Source of the DNA: Plasmodiophora brassicae
Lineage: Eukaryota
Assembly: GCA_036867785.1 (NCBI GenBank)
Contig: CP145409.1
Location: 558,001-622,000 of the forward strand
Reading direction: 5' to 3'
DNA: 64,000 nt
Of this stretch, positions 62,764 through 64,000 are shown one piece after another. Numbering within the stretch: position 1 is the first letter of the stretch; each line of letters opens with the position of its first letter. The notes beneath the pieces are model-generated. The model saw only the letters and a program-made list of their open reading frames with translations. It did not search any database and was not told the DNA's origin. A program made the position numbers and the translations under genes.

Positions 62764-64000
62764 TTATGCATCGATGGCTGCGGAACGCTTCCTCCAACGA
62801 TCGAGAACGTACTCAAGATCGTCGTCGCCGTCGTCGTCGTCGTCACCGTCGTGGGAGTCCCTGGTGTTCGCTGGCTTCATGGAGGCCAGACCGGGATCGG
62901 GAAGAACCGGGGGACGACTGTCTACATGGGCAGCGTTCCCAGGCGTCGTCAGCAGCGTCCTCCATGTGGAATCCAGTACTTCGACGGGGACCGGGATCGT
63001 TGCTGGTACTGGTCCCAGACGCGGCGTCATGGTCGACGCCCCGATTCGATCCGCCCGGGAGCGCGGCTTGGGGATCTGCTCCGCCTGCCTGCCGGTCGCT
63101 GGAGCCGGTTTCTGCTTCGGGATCGGGTCGCTGCCCTGCGACCAGCACGACGACGACCTGCCCGTGGACAGCGAGTCGGGCGGCGATGCCTGCGACCCGG
63201 TAGATGACAGGTCGTCTTCGTCAGCGTCAGTACTGTCGGCCTACGTGGGAACGTCGACGGTTGGATGCGTGGACGGATCAGCAACGACGATGGGCGAACG
63301 ACCTCGTCGTCGACGGACACGGGCTCGCACCGGTGGATGTCGCTCAGCAATCGCGCCCATTGCGCGTCGAGTTCGGCGCGTGTCGACGCGCGCCCGCCGC
63401 CGTCGAACGCCTTGATGTAGTCGTCGAGCGCGTCGGCCGCCGACGGCGTCGTCGACGAGGACGTCATTCACATCCGCCCGGCCAGCAGCTGTGTGACTGA
63501 TGCAACCTGGCAGGTTCCCCGGGTCCCAACGCGGGCGACAGGACCCCCTCCCCGATGCCCGAACGGGAACGGGCGCTTTCCTGACGGCGGCGGCAACGAG
63601 GTCCCCGACGTTCCGTACGTTCCGGCGGCATCCTGTTCTCCATCGACCGCCGTGCTCAGATCGACGTACAGGGGGCGCGAGGAACGTCTCCGTTGGCGCG
63701 TTCTCGTCCTGTGTGTGACGCGCCCATCTGTCGGGCCCAGTGCCGTACGTACGACACATCGGGGCATGATCGCCTGCCCTCGCTCGCCATGTCTGCGAAC
63801 GTGTTCCCGTTGCGTGACGTCTGGCCAGGGCGGAATCGGCCGGCGCGCTGCGGCTTGCCGGTCCTGATCGGGCCGGATCCGGCCATCCTGTGCACAGCGT
63901 TCGCGCTGGTCGTTGCGCTGCCGACGCTGGCGCTGTGGTCGAACGCCGTCCCCAACACGGTGGCGGCCGTCGCCGTCACCGTCCCGGTCACCGCCGCCGT
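62764..64000 (-). CDS. Hypothetical low-complexity protein, 5' end outside the window
   Basis: Minus-strand ORF segments separated by intron-like sequences, ending in an acidic tail ...DDDLEYVLDRWRKRSAAIDA*. Confidence 0.45.

Overview
Gene-dense eukaryotic (protist) genomic DNA, GC-rich, with many short (~50-75 nt) GT-AG introns and very short intergenic spacers. Flagellar/basal-body genes (centrin, DNAL4-like light chain) are present. This organisation best fits a plasmodiophorid such as Plasmodiophora brassicae (inference from gene structure only, no database match). About 37 protein-coding genes can be supported: two tandem non-RD Ser/Thr kinases (one with a signal peptide), HPP protein, PAP2 phosphatase, GT-A-like protein, NDR kinase, ankyrin protein, MEMO1, DLST, PFK, NDUFS5, DDX31, MAD1-like coiled coil, two tandem methyltransferases, ALG13, two TRF-type Myb proteins, F-box/ankyrin protein, USP22, two tandem helical-repeat/RAP proteins, ALG2, P4-ATPase, centrin, Ulp1/SENP, bZIP, DNAL4 and several hypotheticals. 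There is also a decayed transposon patch (pogo-type HTH plus Ty1/copia RT) at ~4.2-5.2 kb. No rRNA, tRNA or CRISPR array was recognised. The most notable observations come from manually splicing exons: (1) a small protein fusing a degenerate IMPACT/YigZ (UPF0029) domain to a stand-alone dynein microtubule-binding domain; (2) an OGDH E2 with two lipoyl domains carrying an intron at the same position; (3) a PFK with an N-terminal membrane anchor; (4) an NDR kinase lacking its MOB-binding N-terminal domain; (5) a mitochondrion-targeted DUF5678-like protein; (6) RAP domains lacking their acidic residues. All family assignments are by eye from remembered motifs, and exon boundaries are manual predictions.
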